Shown piece by piece: positions 40,834 to 51,310 of a stretch of DNA of 64,000 bases. The notes under the pieces were generated by a model. The model did not search any database. It saw only the letters and a list, made by a program, of their open reading frames with translations, and was not told the origin of the DNA. This DNA comes from Promethearchaeota archaeon. Its GTDB lineage: Archaea > Asgardarchaeota > Lokiarchaeia > Sigyniarchaeales > SOKP01. A program made the translations under genes and the position numbers. Location: the NCBI GenBank assembly GCA_016840085.1, contig JAEOTA010000017.1, positions 1 to 64,000 on the forward strand, given 5' to 3'. Positions within the stretch are counted from its first letter, which is position 1. Each line of letters begins with the position of its first letter.

Positions 40834-41697
40834 TTGGAATATATTATGACAGAGTTATTTGCTGAGGTTAATGATATAAAGATTTGCTATGATATCCATG
40901 GACAGGGTTATCCATTGATGTTAATCCATGGATTTGGTGATAGAAAAGAACATTGGCGGGCTCAAATGGAAGATTTATCTAAGCATTTTAAAGTAATTAG
41001 AATGGATAATAGAGGTGCTGGAAAATCAGATAGACCAGACGGCTCTTATTCAATGGAAATTTATGCTGATGATATAAATGGTTTATTAAAGCATCTCGAT
41101 ATAGAAAAAACTCATATTATAGGACAGAGTTTAGGAGGAATGATTGTTCAAAATTTTGCTTTGAAATATCCAGAAAGAATCAATAAAATAATATTAATCA
41201 ATACAATTGCAGGTGTAACACCTCCAGGAGTTCCACCTGATCAAGGAATTGAATATTATAGGGATAATGCAATTGCAGATCTTAAAGATATGAAAAAAGA
41301 TCCCCTTACCGCATTTATAACAAAAGCTAAAAAAAGTTATTCTCGAGAATTTTGGAAACAAATGAAGGAAAATCCAAAAAAGAAGTTGCATAACATCTGG
41401 TCTGTAGAGGACCTAGTAGAAGAAAAAACACATTATGGCCCTACAGAAAAAGATATAATTCATCAAGCTGAAGCTTTAAGAACTCATAACACATACGATA
41501 GATTAGATGAAATTAAAAATAAAGTTTTAATTATCGCAGCAGATAAAGATAAAACTTGTCCTATGTTAATGAATAAAAAAATTCATGAACTAATTCCTAA
41601 TAGTAAATTTATTGTAATTCAAAAAGCTGGTCATCAATCAATTTTGGAATATCCTCAAATAATTAATAATTATATCATTGAATTTTTGAAAAATTAA
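40834..41697 (+). CDS. Alpha/beta hydrolase, copy 2
   Basis: DNRGAGKS, GQSLGG, AGHQS; likely start ATG at 40846. Confidence 0.9.
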   Translation: MEYIMTELFAEVNDIKICYDIHGQGYPLMLIHGFGDRKEHWRAQMEDLSKHFKVIRMDNRGAGKSDRPDGSYSMEIYADDINGLLKHLDIEKTHIIGQSLGGMIVQNFALKYPERINKIILINTIAGVTPPGVPPDQGIEYYRDNAIADLKDMKKDPLTAFITKAKKSYSREFWKQMKENPKKKLHNIWSVEDLVEEKTHYGPTEKDIIHQAEALRTHNTYDRLDEIKNKVLIIAADKDKTCPMLMNKKIHELIPNSKFIVIQKAGHQSILEYPQIINNYIIEFLKN

Positions 41698-41711
41698 TCC
41701 TCACGGTTTAA

Positions 41712-42549
41712 ATGACGGAATTATTTGCTAAAATAAATGGAATAAAAATCTGCTATGAATTATTTAGTAAAGGTTATCCAATTGTATTAATTCATGGGTT
41801 TGGAGTTAGGAAAGAAGGTTATAAATGCCAAATTCCTGCTTTATCTAAAACGTTTAAAGTAATAACTTTTGATAATCGTGGAGCTGGAAAATCTGAAAGA
41901 GTTAACAAACCTTATACTATGGAGACACTTGCGGACGATATCCGAGGATTGTTAGATTTTCTTAAGATAAAGAAAACGAATATTTTAGGCACTTCTATGG
42001 GAGGTCTTATTGCTCAGCAGTTTGTTCTACAATATTCGGAATATGTTATTAAAGTAGTATTAGTGAATACTATAAATGGAGCCCCGAATAATGTAGGATT
42101 AGAGATATTAAAAAATAATAGATTAGAACAGCTAGAGCTTATTAAAAAGAATCCCGAGAAAGCATTTTGGGATAATGCTCATATTTGGTTTTATCATAAA
42201 TACCGAAAAGAACTTAAACTAAATCCTAAAAAAAAAATTTTTTGGAATGTGGTCAGCTGAAGCTGAAATAAGAGAAAGTAGAATCCTTATGCCAACTCCT
42301 CGTGATATCGAACTACAAATAGAAGCAATGAGGGAATTTAATACATTGGAGAGATTACATGAAATAAAAAATCCTTGTTTACTATTGGCTGCTTCACACG
42401 ATAAAATTTGTCCAGAAACTGTTATGGAGAAAATGCATAAAAGAATTCCTAACAGCATTTTCAGAGTTATTGAAAAAGCAGGTCATGAATCACCAAAAAC
42501 AAGAGCTAATGAAGTTAATAAGATTATAGTCGATTTTTTAAAAAAATGA
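41712..42549 (+). pseudogene. Alpha/beta hydrolase, copy 3, +1 frameshift in A10 run
   Basis: A10 at 42228-42237; A9 would restore NPKKKFFGMWS, matching paralogs NPKRKFFDLWS and NPKKKLHNIWS; GTSMGG and AGHES retained. Confidence 0.85.
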
Positions 42550-42607
42550 TACATTATAAAATTTTTAAAATTATGAAACATAATACCATATTTATCAACT
42601 AATTAAA

Positions 42608-43456
42608 TTGATTTATATGGCTGAATTATTTGCTGAAGTTAATGAAATAAAGATTTGTTATGAGATACATGGAGAAGGACATCCTTTAACTTTAGTCCAT
42701 GGTTGGGGTGGTTCTAAAGAAGAGTGGTTTGTTCATATCGATGCATTATCAAAACATTTTAAAGTAATTACTTTCGATAATCGAGGAGCAGGGAAATCTG
42801 ATCATCCAAACACACCCTATACAATGGATATGTATGCGGATGACATCTATGGATTACTTGAATTTCTTAATATAGAGAACACACATGTTATTGGAGCTTC
42901 ACTAGGTGGAATGATCGTCTTAAATTTTATATTAAAGTATCCAGAACAAGTAAATAAATTAGTGTTAATAAATACATGGCCAGGATTTCCTAACGAGCAA
43001 GGTCCCGAAATATATAAGGAGAGTAAAATAACATATTATAAAGAATTTGAAAAAGATCCTCTTAATACTTTTTTAAAATCAGCGAAAAGTGGTTTTTCTC
43101 GAGAATTTTGGAAAATGATGGTAGAAAATCCTAAGAGGAAATTTTTTGATCTATGGTCTGTAGAGGATTTAATAGAAAGAGACTTAAAAAACCAATACAC
43201 TCCTCAAGACAATGAAAATGCTGCTAATGCAGTTAAAGGTCATAATGTCCTAGATAAGCTTCATGAAATTAAAAATGAAACGTTAATTTTATGTGGGGCA
43301 AAAGATCGAATTGCACCAGTATTAGTAAATAAACAGATGCATGAAAAAATCCCTAACAGTACTCTTAAGGTCATAAAGGATGCACGGCACAGTTTACCAC
43401 TAGAAAAAACACCTGAAGTAAATAAAATATTAGTAGATTTTTTAAAGGAATATTAA
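42608..43456 (+). CDS. Alpha/beta hydrolase, copy 4
   Basis: HGWGG, GASLGG, ARHSL; likely start ATG at 42617. Confidence 0.9.
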   Translation: MIYMAELFAEVNEIKICYEIHGEGHPLTLVHGWGGSKEEWFVHIDALSKHFKVITFDNRGAGKSDHPNTPYTMDMYADDIYGLLEFLNIENTHVIGASLGGMIVLNFILKYPEQVNKLVLINTWPGFPNEQGPEIYKESKITYYKEFEKDPLNTFLKSAKSGFSREFWKMMVENPKRKFFDLWSVEDLIERDLKNQYTPQDNENAANAVKGHNVLDKLHEIKNETLILCGAKDRIAPVLVNKQMHEKIPNSTLKVIKDARHSLPLEKTPEVNKILVDFLKEY

Positions 43457-43486
43457 ATAATATTTTTCAAAATGGAAAATTATTCA

Positions 43487-44716
43487 TTATAAAGATTCCT
43501 GATGGACTGATACAGCATATTTTTTCAATTCAATCTTTTTAAAACTCATTAAGAAAGGTATTAAAGCAATTAAACCAAGAACGAAGCTTAGAAAGAAAGC
43601 TGGATAAAAGCCAAGGATAAAAGTTCCAATTAAAGGTCCTATTATTTGTGCGAAACTATCCAATCCAGAAGAATAACCATTAATTTTACCTTGTTCCCTT
43701 GGTGTTACTGATTGACTTATTTTACTGTTTAAGGGTCCTCGTGTGAGAGAAGCAGCAAAACTTATGAACAATATTAAGACTAAAAACATAATTACATTAA
43801 TTGAAAATCCTACTAATAAAAACGCAACTAGAAATATACCCAAACCAACGATAATAGCATTATTGACACCTAATTTTGTAATAGTAGGTTTGAATAATGT
43901 AAATCTTACTGATGCTCGAAAAACTCCACTGATCATCAACAAAATCCCAATTTCAGATGAATTAAGTCCAAAAACAATTGCAGCAAAAAATGATAAAGAC
44001 GACATCGCAATTATGAAAGATACTGTATGAAATCCAAATAAGGTAAGATAAAACATAGCAGTTTTGTTTTTCCGGATTTTTATTATTATTACTTCTTGTG
44101 AAATCTCATGATGTGCTTCTCGCTTTGATTTTGACCAAGTTTCTTCTAAAATAAAAATTGTAATTATTAAAGTAAATAAAGATAGTCCTGCTGCGAATAG
44201 ACCTGGGAGCAATATTCCGCCGATACTAAAAAGTATGCCCCCCATTCCTGGTCCAATAAGAGAAGCTAATACATGGGCAACCCCAATATTTGCCATTTGA
44301 AAACTTCTGTCTTTTGGTGGCACTTCATCACCAATAATTGCTTTTGCAATTGGAAAATTACCCCCAAAAACACCATCCACAATTCTTGAAATAACAACCA
44401 TCCATATTGAATTTGAAAATGCTAACATAAGGAAACCGGCAAAGGTTCCTGCTTGTGAAATTAAAAGTAAAGGCTTTCTACCGAATTTATCACTTAATTT
44501 TCCTAATATTGGACCAAAAATGAATGAAAACATAGCATTTACAGAAAGTGCTATTCCCATAATAAATATATGTACATTGAACTGTTTAGCAATAAAAGGA
44601 GCCATCGGTAATATCATAGAAAATCCAATTATATCAATAAAGACCGCTATCCATAATGGGGTCAATTTACGATATTTAAAGACTCTACGATTATTTGACA
44701 TATTAGTATTTGACAT
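43487..44716 (-). CDS. MFS transporter (TetA/DHA1-like)
   Basis: FIDIIGFSMILP, LGKLSDKFGRKP motif A, about 12 TM segments. Confidence 0.9.
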   Translation of the reverse strand: MSNTNMSNNRRVFKYRKLTPLWIAVFIDIIGFSMILPMAPFIAKQFNVHIFIMGIALSVNAMFSFIFGPILGKLSDKFGRKPLLLISQAGTFAGFLMLAFSNSIWMVVISRIVDGVFGGNFPIAKAIIGDEVPPKDRSFQMANIGVAHVLASLIGPGMGGILFSIGGILLPGLFAAGLSLFTLIITIFILEETWSKSKREAHHEISQEVIIIKIRKNKTAMFYLTLFGFHTVSFIIAMSSLSFFAAIVFGLNSSEIGILLMISGVFRASVRFTLFKPTITKLGVNNAIIVGLGIFLVAFLLVGFSINVIMFLVLILFISFAASLTRGPLNSKISQSVTPREQGKINGYSSGLDSFAQIIGPLIGTFILGFYPAFFLSFVLGLIALIPFLMSFKKIELKKYAVSVHQESL

Positions 44717-44872
44717 AAATGTCCCAAATCAGCATTTTTAAATTTGTTTTCAGATGAAAAGCCAAATTATTCATTTACTTTAATTTTTTAGATTATTTTT
44801 CATACAAATAGAAAACTATTATAATAATGTGTATCATATAATTCTTTAAACATTATAACCAATTAGATAATT

Positions 44873-45682
44873 ATGGTTAATAATCAAACTCTAAATATAA
44901 AGGAAGAATCAGAGAAAACAGTAGAACTTCCAGCTTTAGATTTTTTTAAGATAAACTTCATTAGCTTTTTGGTGCCCTTATATGTATGTTTAGGGATATT
45001 CTTAATGTTTGAATTTGGATTTATAAAGTTATTTTCTATTCCCATTTTACTGCATTTAAGTATATTACCAGGATTTCTATTTTTCTTATATTATATTTAT
45101 CTTATAATATTGATTGAAATTGTTGCTCTTTGGGTCAGATATTGGAATAAGAAATCACCGCCACAACAAGGCGTTTTTGCAAGGGTACTTGATGATTTCA
45201 ATAGTCCTGAAGGAAAGATGATGAAATATTATCACAAACGCGGGTTCATAATTAAATTCCCAGTCTGGTTAACGTCTAAATCACCATTTCCATGGTTAGT
45301 TAATCGAGCACTTCGTAAAATAGGCCATAATAAAATTGGGAAAAATGTTATTTATTGCGATGGTTATGCAGGACTTGAATTTACTAATTTAAGTGATAAT
45401 GTATTTATTTACCCAACTAGTGCTTTGTCAAGTCATGCTGTAAATACTATTTTTGGGAAAATTACAATGCTGGAAATGAAATTAGGGAAAAATACAACTC
45501 TATATCCTGGAAATATAGTCGGTCCAAATGTTGTTACAACAGAGAATAATGTGATCTTTCCAAATACTGTTTTGCATAAGAATTGGAGAGGTAGACCAGA
45601 AAAATTTTATTATCAAGGCAGCCCTGGAAAATCTATTGAGGTTGATCATCTTCCAATAAAACAAAAAGAATATTCAGAATGA
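44873..45682 (+). CDS. Membrane-anchored left-handed beta-helix (hexapeptide repeat) protein
   Basis: Two TM segments, then KIGKNVI, LGKNTTL repeats and YQGSPG terminal motif. Confidence 0.65.
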   Translation: MVNNQTLNIKEESEKTVELPALDFFKINFISFLVPLYVCLGIFLMFEFGFIKLFSIPILLHLSILPGFLFFLYYIYLIILIEIVALWVRYWNKKSPPQQGVFARVLDDFNSPEGKMMKYYHKRGFIIKFPVWLTSKSPFPWLVNRALRKIGHNKIGKNVIYCDGYAGLEFTNLSDNVFIYPTSALSSHAVNTIFGKITMLEMKLGKNTTLYPGNIVGPNVVTTENNVIFPNTVLHKNWRGRPEKFYYQGSPGKSIEVDHLPIKQKEYSE

Positions 45683-45751
45683 TTGTTAAAATCCTTATAG
45701 ATGATCAAATCGAAAAAATCCATGAAAATTCAGTTGTTTTCTTCGAAAAAA

Positions 45752-47284
45752 TTAATTTTTTGGAAATTTTCCTTGGTTTTGTAGAAATTCTCTATAACTA
45801 TTAATCTTATCTAAAACTAATCCTGCTAAATCCAAGCTCTCAAATACAGGAACAGCCTTATTTAATAACTTCATTTTAAACTTGTATCTACTTTTATATT
45901 CTTCAAAACCTTCATTAATCTTTAACATAACACAATACATCGGTTTAGTGGAGATATTTTTCGCTTTAGAAACGTATCTAATGAATTCTTTATTCAAATC
46001 TGTTCCTTTAAAACCAATTTCTTCTAATATATCTTGAAAGCCACCAAATCTTTCAGGATCTTTAATGAAAACAATTGATGATATGTTTGGATCCTTATCC
46101 AATGCGAGGATTGTCCTGTAGTATATATGAGGTTGAATGCCGCTTCCACCGAGATCAATTGGATTAGTAACATTTGTATTAACATCAGGGAGAAATCTTT
46201 GCATTTTTTGAATAGTTTTTTCTGTTAGACTTGGGATAATTAAGTTATGTTTTTCAAGAATATCTATAGCTTCTATGGTTGATCCTCCCCCAATTCCAAT
46301 GACACCTACGTTTCGTGTATTTGGTAAATGAGTTAAATTAAAAGCTGAAGCTAATGCTGCAAGTTCATTTGAATTACTTACAATACAACTACCAGTTTGC
46401 TTACCAACAGCTTTCCACATTTCATTATTCCCTGCAAGACCCCCAGTATGAGAGAGTATCGCTTTTTTTGTTGCTTCACCGAATCCTGCTCTCCAAAGTA
46501 TGACTGGTTTTCTATTTAAATTACACTCCTTTACTACTCTCATAAATTTTCTCCCTTGTTTTGTAGTTCTAAGGTTTTCAATGTATAAACCTATGATTTT
46601 TGTATAATCATCTTGATTGAAGTATTCTAAAAATTCTACTGGTGATAAATCTAAAGCATTTCCAATTGAGATAAATTTTGAAGCGTAAAGCCCATAAGAA
46701 ACCACTAGCTGTGACATATTTTGTGCAATGCCCCCTGATTGAAATACTCCACTAAAATTTCCTGCTTTTTTAGATTGCTCAAAAGCAAAAAAAAGACCTG
46801 CTTTTGGATTGTACACTCCCAAGCAATTTGGACCAATTATTCTGATATTATACTGTCTGGCAATATCTAAAAGTTGTTTTTCTAGATCTTCATTTCCCAC
46901 TTCACGAAATCCTGATGCAAAAACAGTTACAAAAGGAACACCTTTCTTTCCAATGTCTTCCATTAATTTGGGGCATAAGCGCGCAGGAACAGCTAAAATT
47001 ACATAATCTATAGGATCGTCAATATCTAAGATTGACCCGTATATTTGATATCCATATAATTTTTCTCCAACTAGTTTAGGATTGAATAGATATATTGGTC
47101 CTTTAAATCTGTCTTTCATGCATCTAACAAAAAAACTTCCTCCTCTGAGATCGAGACTTATACCTATAATTCCAATAGATTTGGGAAAGAATAATCTGTT
47201 AAAATTAATTTTTTGTGTTTGTTTTAAGGCAGACATTAAAAATTCCTTATAAAATAGATAAAAAGGTTGTATAAAATAAAACAA
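45752..47284 (-). CDS. Acyl-CoA synthetase (ADP-forming) alpha-like CoA-binding protein
   Basis: IIGPNCLG, FQSGG, SHTGGLAG, NPIDL; likely start ATG at 47236. Confidence 0.9.
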   Translation of the reverse strand: MFYFIQPFYLFYKEFLMSALKQTQKINFNRLFFPKSIGIIGISLDLRGGSFFVRCMKDRFKGPIYLFNPKLVGEKLYGYQIYGSILDIDDPIDYVILAVPARLCPKLMEDIGKKGVPFVTVFASGFREVGNEDLEKQLLDIARQYNIRIIGPNCLGVYNPKAGLFFAFEQSKKAGNFSGVFQSGGIAQNMSQLVVSYGLYASKFISIGNALDLSPVEFLEYFNQDDYTKIIGLYIENLRTTKQGRKFMRVVKECNLNRKPVILWRAGFGEATKKAILSHTGGLAGNNEMWKAVGKQTGSCIVSNSNELAALASAFNLTHLPNTRNVGVIGIGGGSTIEAIDILEKHNLIIPSLTEKTIQKMQRFLPDVNTNVTNPIDLGGSGIQPHIYYRTILALDKDPNISSIVFIKDPERFGGFQDILEEIGFKGTDLNKEFIRYVSKAKNISTKPMYCVMLKINEGFEEYKSRYKFKMKLLNKAVPVFESLDLAGLVLDKINSYREFLQNQGKFPKN

Positions 47285-47302
47285 TTCAACTAAAAAATTT
47301 TA

Positions 47303-48028
47303 TTAATAAGACCTTCCAAGTAATTTATTCAATAAAACAATATCATCGGTAAAAATTCCATCAACACCTAAATCAATTAATCTTTTCATTATTTCTTCCT
47401 CATTGACAGTCCATACATTAATTTTGAGACCTCTCTCATGAGTAAATTCTACTAATTTTTTATTAACTGCCATGTGATAGGGATGAATCGCATAAAATTC
47501 ATTAACTACTGCTCTTTTTATATATTGCTTAATAGGTTGAAATTTTATAAGTGCTTTAGGTATTAAATAGCCTAATTTTAACTTTGCTTCAATTTCTTTT
47601 ATTTTTAATAATTCTATTATTTCAAAACAACTTACTATAGAAGATTCAATAAGATTATTCTTTCTTAAAATATTTACTAAATCATATACTAGTCCTGGAG
47701 CTTTAATTTCTGGTTGAAGTTTTATCTTTCCCTTTGAAATTTTTATTAATTCTCGTAAAATAGGTATTTGTTCCCCTTCTCCAGCATTTAATTTTTTAAG
47801 CTCTTCAAGAGAGGTATCTTTAATCGTTTTTAACACTCCAGTTGTGCTAAGTGTATCCGCATCATGATGGATAATAATCTCATTATCCAAAGTGTAGTGG
47901 ATATCAAATTCAATATAGTCTGCCTTTAATTCAATCGCTTTTTTAAATGCTTTAAGTGTATTTTCAGGCGCAATAGTACTGGCTCCTTTATGACCTATAA
48001 CTAATAAATTCTCTTCTTTTTCACTCAA
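47303..48028 (-). CDS. Glycerophosphodiester phosphodiesterase
   Basis: GHKGAS, PENTL, EFDIH, HHD, EIK, WTVN, GIFTD. Confidence 0.92.
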   Translation of the reverse strand: MSEKEENLLVIGHKGASTIAPENTLKAFKKAIELKADYIEFDIHYTLDNEIIIHHDADTLSTTGVLKTIKDTSLEELKKLNAGEGEQIPILRELIKISKGKIKLQPEIKAPGLVYDLVNILRKNNLIESSIVSCFEIIELLKIKEIEAKLKLGYLIPKALIKFQPIKQYIKRAVVNEFYAIHPYHMAVNKKLVEFTHERGLKINVWTVNEEEIMKRLIDLGVDGIFTDDIVLLNKLLGRSY

Positions 48029-48054
48029 AAATATCCCCTAATAAAGAAAATACT

Positions 48055-48792
48055 TTATCTTTTTAAAATTTGATTTGCAATTGGAACATCATTAGTTATA
48101 ATTCCATCTACGCCCTTTTTTATTAAATTTTTAATCTTGAGTTTAAGATCGACAGTCCAAACATTAACTTTAAGGTTTTTTCGATGAGAATATTCTATAA
48201 ATTCATCATCCACCAAGAATATAAATGGATGAATAAATGAAAATTTATATTTCGCCGCTTTATCGATTGCTTTTCTTTTAACGTGCCATTTTTTCCATTT
48301 TGGATTCTCATATATTGTTCCCTCATATGGAATTAAAGATGCAAATTTCAAGTTAGGTTCGATTTTTTGAATTTTTACAAGTTCTTTAAACATAAAGGAG
48401 CACACTATTGTATTATCTATAAGATCAGCATCCCTAAGTATTTGAACTATCTTTTTTCCAATATTTTTAGATTTCAATTCAATTAGCAATCCAATTTTAT
48501 CTTTTGCCATATCAACAATTTCTTGCAGTATTGGAATTTTCTCTCCCTCTCCAAAATCAAGCGCTCTCAATTCTTTTAATGTCATCTCCTCTACAAAACC
48601 TTTATGTCCTGTAATTCTTGATATATCTGGATCATGGGTAATTACAAGTTCTCCATCACTAGATTCAAAGACGTCAAATTCTATAAAATCAGCTTTCAAA
48701 TCTATAGCTTTTTGGAAAGCTTTTAAAGTATTTTCAGGCGCTATACTGCTTGCTCCTCTATGGGCAATTATAAATATTTCTTTATTTTCCAC
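48055..48792 (-). CDS. Glycerophosphodiester phosphodiesterase
   Basis: AHRGAS, PENTL, EFDV, THD, ELK, WTVD, GIITN; GTG start. Confidence 0.92.
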   Translation of the reverse strand: MENKEIFIIAHRGASSIAPENTLKAFQKAIDLKADFIEFDVFESSDGELVITHDPDISRITGHKGFVEEMTLKELRALDFGEGEKIPILQEIVDMAKDKIGLLIELKSKNIGKKIVQILRDADLIDNTIVCSFMFKELVKIQKIEPNLKFASLIPYEGTIYENPKWKKWHVKRKAIDKAAKYKFSFIHPFIFLVDDEFIEYSHRKNLKVNVWTVDLKLKIKNLIKKGVDGIITNDVPIANQILKR

Positions 48793-48867
48793 TTTTTACA
48801 ATATCCTCTTTTTTTACATTTATAAAAGTATAAATCTTCAATTTTTTTAATTTGCTTCGTTTCAAAT
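48776..48867 (-). repeat. Left arm of ~92 bp inverted repeat (promoter, RBS and first 5 codons of GDPD)
   Basis: Reverse complement aligns to 51799-51891 with 8 mismatches and 1 gap by manual alignment. Confidence 0.9.
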
Positions 48868-49242
48868 GCAAATAAATTGAGTAAGAATTTTTTCTTACAT
48901 TTTGGTTTATTTAATTAAACATTCATCTTAGCAAAATTCAGAACCAAGTTTTCATTAAATATCGGTTTGTTACATGGTTTTAAGAGTTTAACCTTCAATT
49001 TCGCAAACAATATCTTAATAATAAATTAATAACTCATGCTAAAAATTTATTAGTATAAAATGTTAAGACTTATATGAAATTTGTTTGTTATTATCGACAG
49101 ATATAATCAATGAAAGGATAAATTTATAAGGAGTATTTATTTTTAATATTTCTGATACAATAAAAATAGGTAGGAAATAATCTACTAAACCGAAAAGTTT
49201 AAAAAGAGAATATAAAGAAAAAGAGTTGTGATCTAAGAAATT

Positions 49243-49494
49243 ATGCGCTTCTGTGATAATTGCGGCAACATGTTGATCCCAAAAAATGGTAAATTATATT
49301 GTAAAGCCTGTGAAGAGGAATTTGAGTTAGGAAATGATAAAGAAGGCTATAAGATCCAAAAAAAGATTAGACATGATGAAAAAGAAGCAGCTCCAATAGT
49401 AATAAAAGAAGGTTTAAGAGGAGAGAGAATATCTAGTGACGATCGGAAAGCATACGAGGATCTCTTCTCAGGCAGTGAAGCTGATTCGTACTGA
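49243..49494 (+). CDS. RpoM/TFS-like N-terminal Zn-ribbon protein lacking the C-terminal ribbon
   Basis: MRFCDNCGNMLIP...LYCKAC; no second CxxC pair or ADE motif. Confidence 0.75.
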   Translation: MRFCDNCGNMLIPKNGKLYCKACEEEFELGNDKEGYKIQKKIRHDEKEAAPIVIKEGLRGERISSDDRKAYEDLFSGSEADSY

Positions 49495-49634
49495 TTTATG
49501 CTTTTTTTGAGATCTAAGGTTAGATCACTTATTCTTCTTTAATTTTGTAAAATATTCGTATCCTTTTTAGCTGTTGAAATATTTACAAATCTTAAGTTCT
49601 TTAATTATATTAGAAATAATTGGGGATATTTTAA

Positions 49635-50030
49635 ATGACTGAAGAAAAAAAGAAAAGGCTTAGAGGTTTTGCAGGAATTGTATCCAAACAGGTTGATCAA
49701 TTAAATAGTATTGAGAAATTCAAAGAAGATTTTAAGGATACAGAAATTAAAATTATGTTGAATGCAACAGATGCTAAAAATGCTGCCATAATTATTATTG
49801 ACAAAGGTAAAATTTTTGTAGAAGGCGTTGACACCAAACCAAAAAAAAATCTAAAGAAGAAAAATGCAGGGTGGGACGCCCGATTATCAGCAAAAACCCA
49901 AATATTCGTTGATCTTTTAACAAGTGAAAATCTTTCAATTGGAAGTGTTTTGCCAAAAATTTTAACATTTAAATTGAGGATAAAAAAGTTAAAAAAGGCA
50001 TTAACTTTACTAAAATTATTTACATATTAA
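49635..50030 (+). CDS. SCP2-like lipid-binding domain protein (putative)
   Basis: IIIIDKGKIFV...DARLSAKTQIFVDLL...ILTFKLRIK pattern resembles SCP2 fold. Confidence 0.5.
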   Translation: MTEEKKKRLRGFAGIVSKQVDQLNSIEKFKEDFKDTEIKIMLNATDAKNAAIIIIDKGKIFVEGVDTKPKKNLKKKNAGWDARLSAKTQIFVDLLTSENLSIGSVLPKILTFKLRIKKLKKALTLLKLFTY

Positions 50031-50120
50031 ATAATCTCTTTTCTGAGATCCATTTAGAATTTGAAATTTTAAAAAAAAATTTTTTATCTTCTAATTAAAA
50101 ACCAATAAATTTTAGTGAGT

Positions 50121-50543
50121 TTATAAAAATATAGTAGATAAAGATAGCATTTTTTCCTTTAAGAGATTGATATCTTCTTCATCTTTTAAGGATTGAATTA
50201 TTACATTTTTATCTTTTTCTGAAATCTCTTGGAATGTATCAATAAATTCTCTTAAATAAATAATTTTCTTAGTTTCATTCTCTTGGATATTAGAAATAAC
50301 ACTATTAATTCTTTCTTCGATAGTATGAATTTTTTCTTTAGCTTCTCCAGACAAGATTTTTTCTTTAGATCCTACAATTTCTTGTAATACTTTATTGTTT
50401 TCTATAATTTTCCGAGCAATTTCTTTAAGCATATCTTCTCTTGATAAAATTGGTAAACTTGAAAGATATTTTTCCATCTCAGAATTTTTATCCTTAATTT
50501 CTCTAATAAAATCAAGTATTCTGTCCTTATTTCCTTTCTCCAT
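50121..50543 (-). CDS. Hypothetical helical protein
   Basis: 140-aa ORF with ATG, charged helical composition. Confidence 0.65.
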   Translation of the reverse strand: MEKGNKDRILDFIREIKDKNSEMEKYLSSLPILSREDMLKEIARKIIENNKVLQEIVGSKEKILSGEAKEKIHTIEERINSVISNIQENETKKIIYLREFIDTFQEISEKDKNVIIQSLKDEEDINLLKEKMLSLSTIFL

Positions 50544-50551
50544 ATATTAAT

Positions 50552-51000
50552 TAAGTCTTGTCTAAATTTTTAAATTTAACTGTCTTCAAATGCACTACCC
50601 TCCCATCTTGTAATATTCCCTATGTTTCATTGTTAAGATCTTAAAAAATTGACTTTCGAGGAATTTTACAAGCTATAGAATTATCCTTACAGAGAAAATA
50701 GATGGTAGCGATCATTTTCTGCCTATGAATATCATGATTTTTTTTCGTTTTCGAATTTCATTTTTAGAAAGTTCCGAAAGTGAGCAAAAAAACTCATCTA
50801 ATGTGGTTTTAAGTTCCTTTTGAAAAGTATCCGTAAATTTATCAGAATTCTTTTCAAAAATGGATTCTGAAGGATACTCATGGTATTGGGTAAATAGAGG
50901 TTGTATCTGTTTTTTGAGCTTTAAATCAATATCACCTTATTTGGCTATCGCTTCCCAATATTCAGGGATTTTGGTCTCAACCATTTTTAGTATATCCTCA
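50552..51000 (-). pseudogene. Degraded coding remnant, family unknown
   Basis: Protein-like stretches MVETKIPEYWEAIAK*GDIDLKLKKQIQPLFTQYHEYPSESIFEK...ELSKNEIRKRKK, then shifted frame HDIHRQKMIATIYFLCKD. Confidence 0.4.
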
Positions 51001-51310
51001 TTTTTATCTGTTAGTAGTATAAAATAAAAAGAGGTTCACCTAAATAAATACTAACTGAGAGATAACATTGTAATTTTCAACTACTCTTCGTAATGACTTG
51101 GGTAATATCAATGAATATATCTTACCTGAAGAAAAAAAGAAGGTTAAAAAAGATATTATTAAAGAAAAGAAGAGAGTTATATTATATTACTCTTTTAGAT
51201 TTGAAATTGAAAATTAATTTTGTTTTATCCATAAAGATTGATCATAATTATCTTCATCCCAAATGTTATAAACTTTAGCATAAACTTTAGGATATTTTTT
51301 ATAAGTTCTT

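Noticed and set aside
49511-49526. GATCTAA-GG-TTAGATC inverted repeat (also ATGGGA-6 nt-TCCCAT at 19409-19426)
   Set aside because: Single occurrences; could be operators but nothing supports assignment
51093-51278. 61-aa basic ORF and PadR-wing-like scrap near 51735-51800
   Set aside because: Low complexity; similarity too short to support, probably debris
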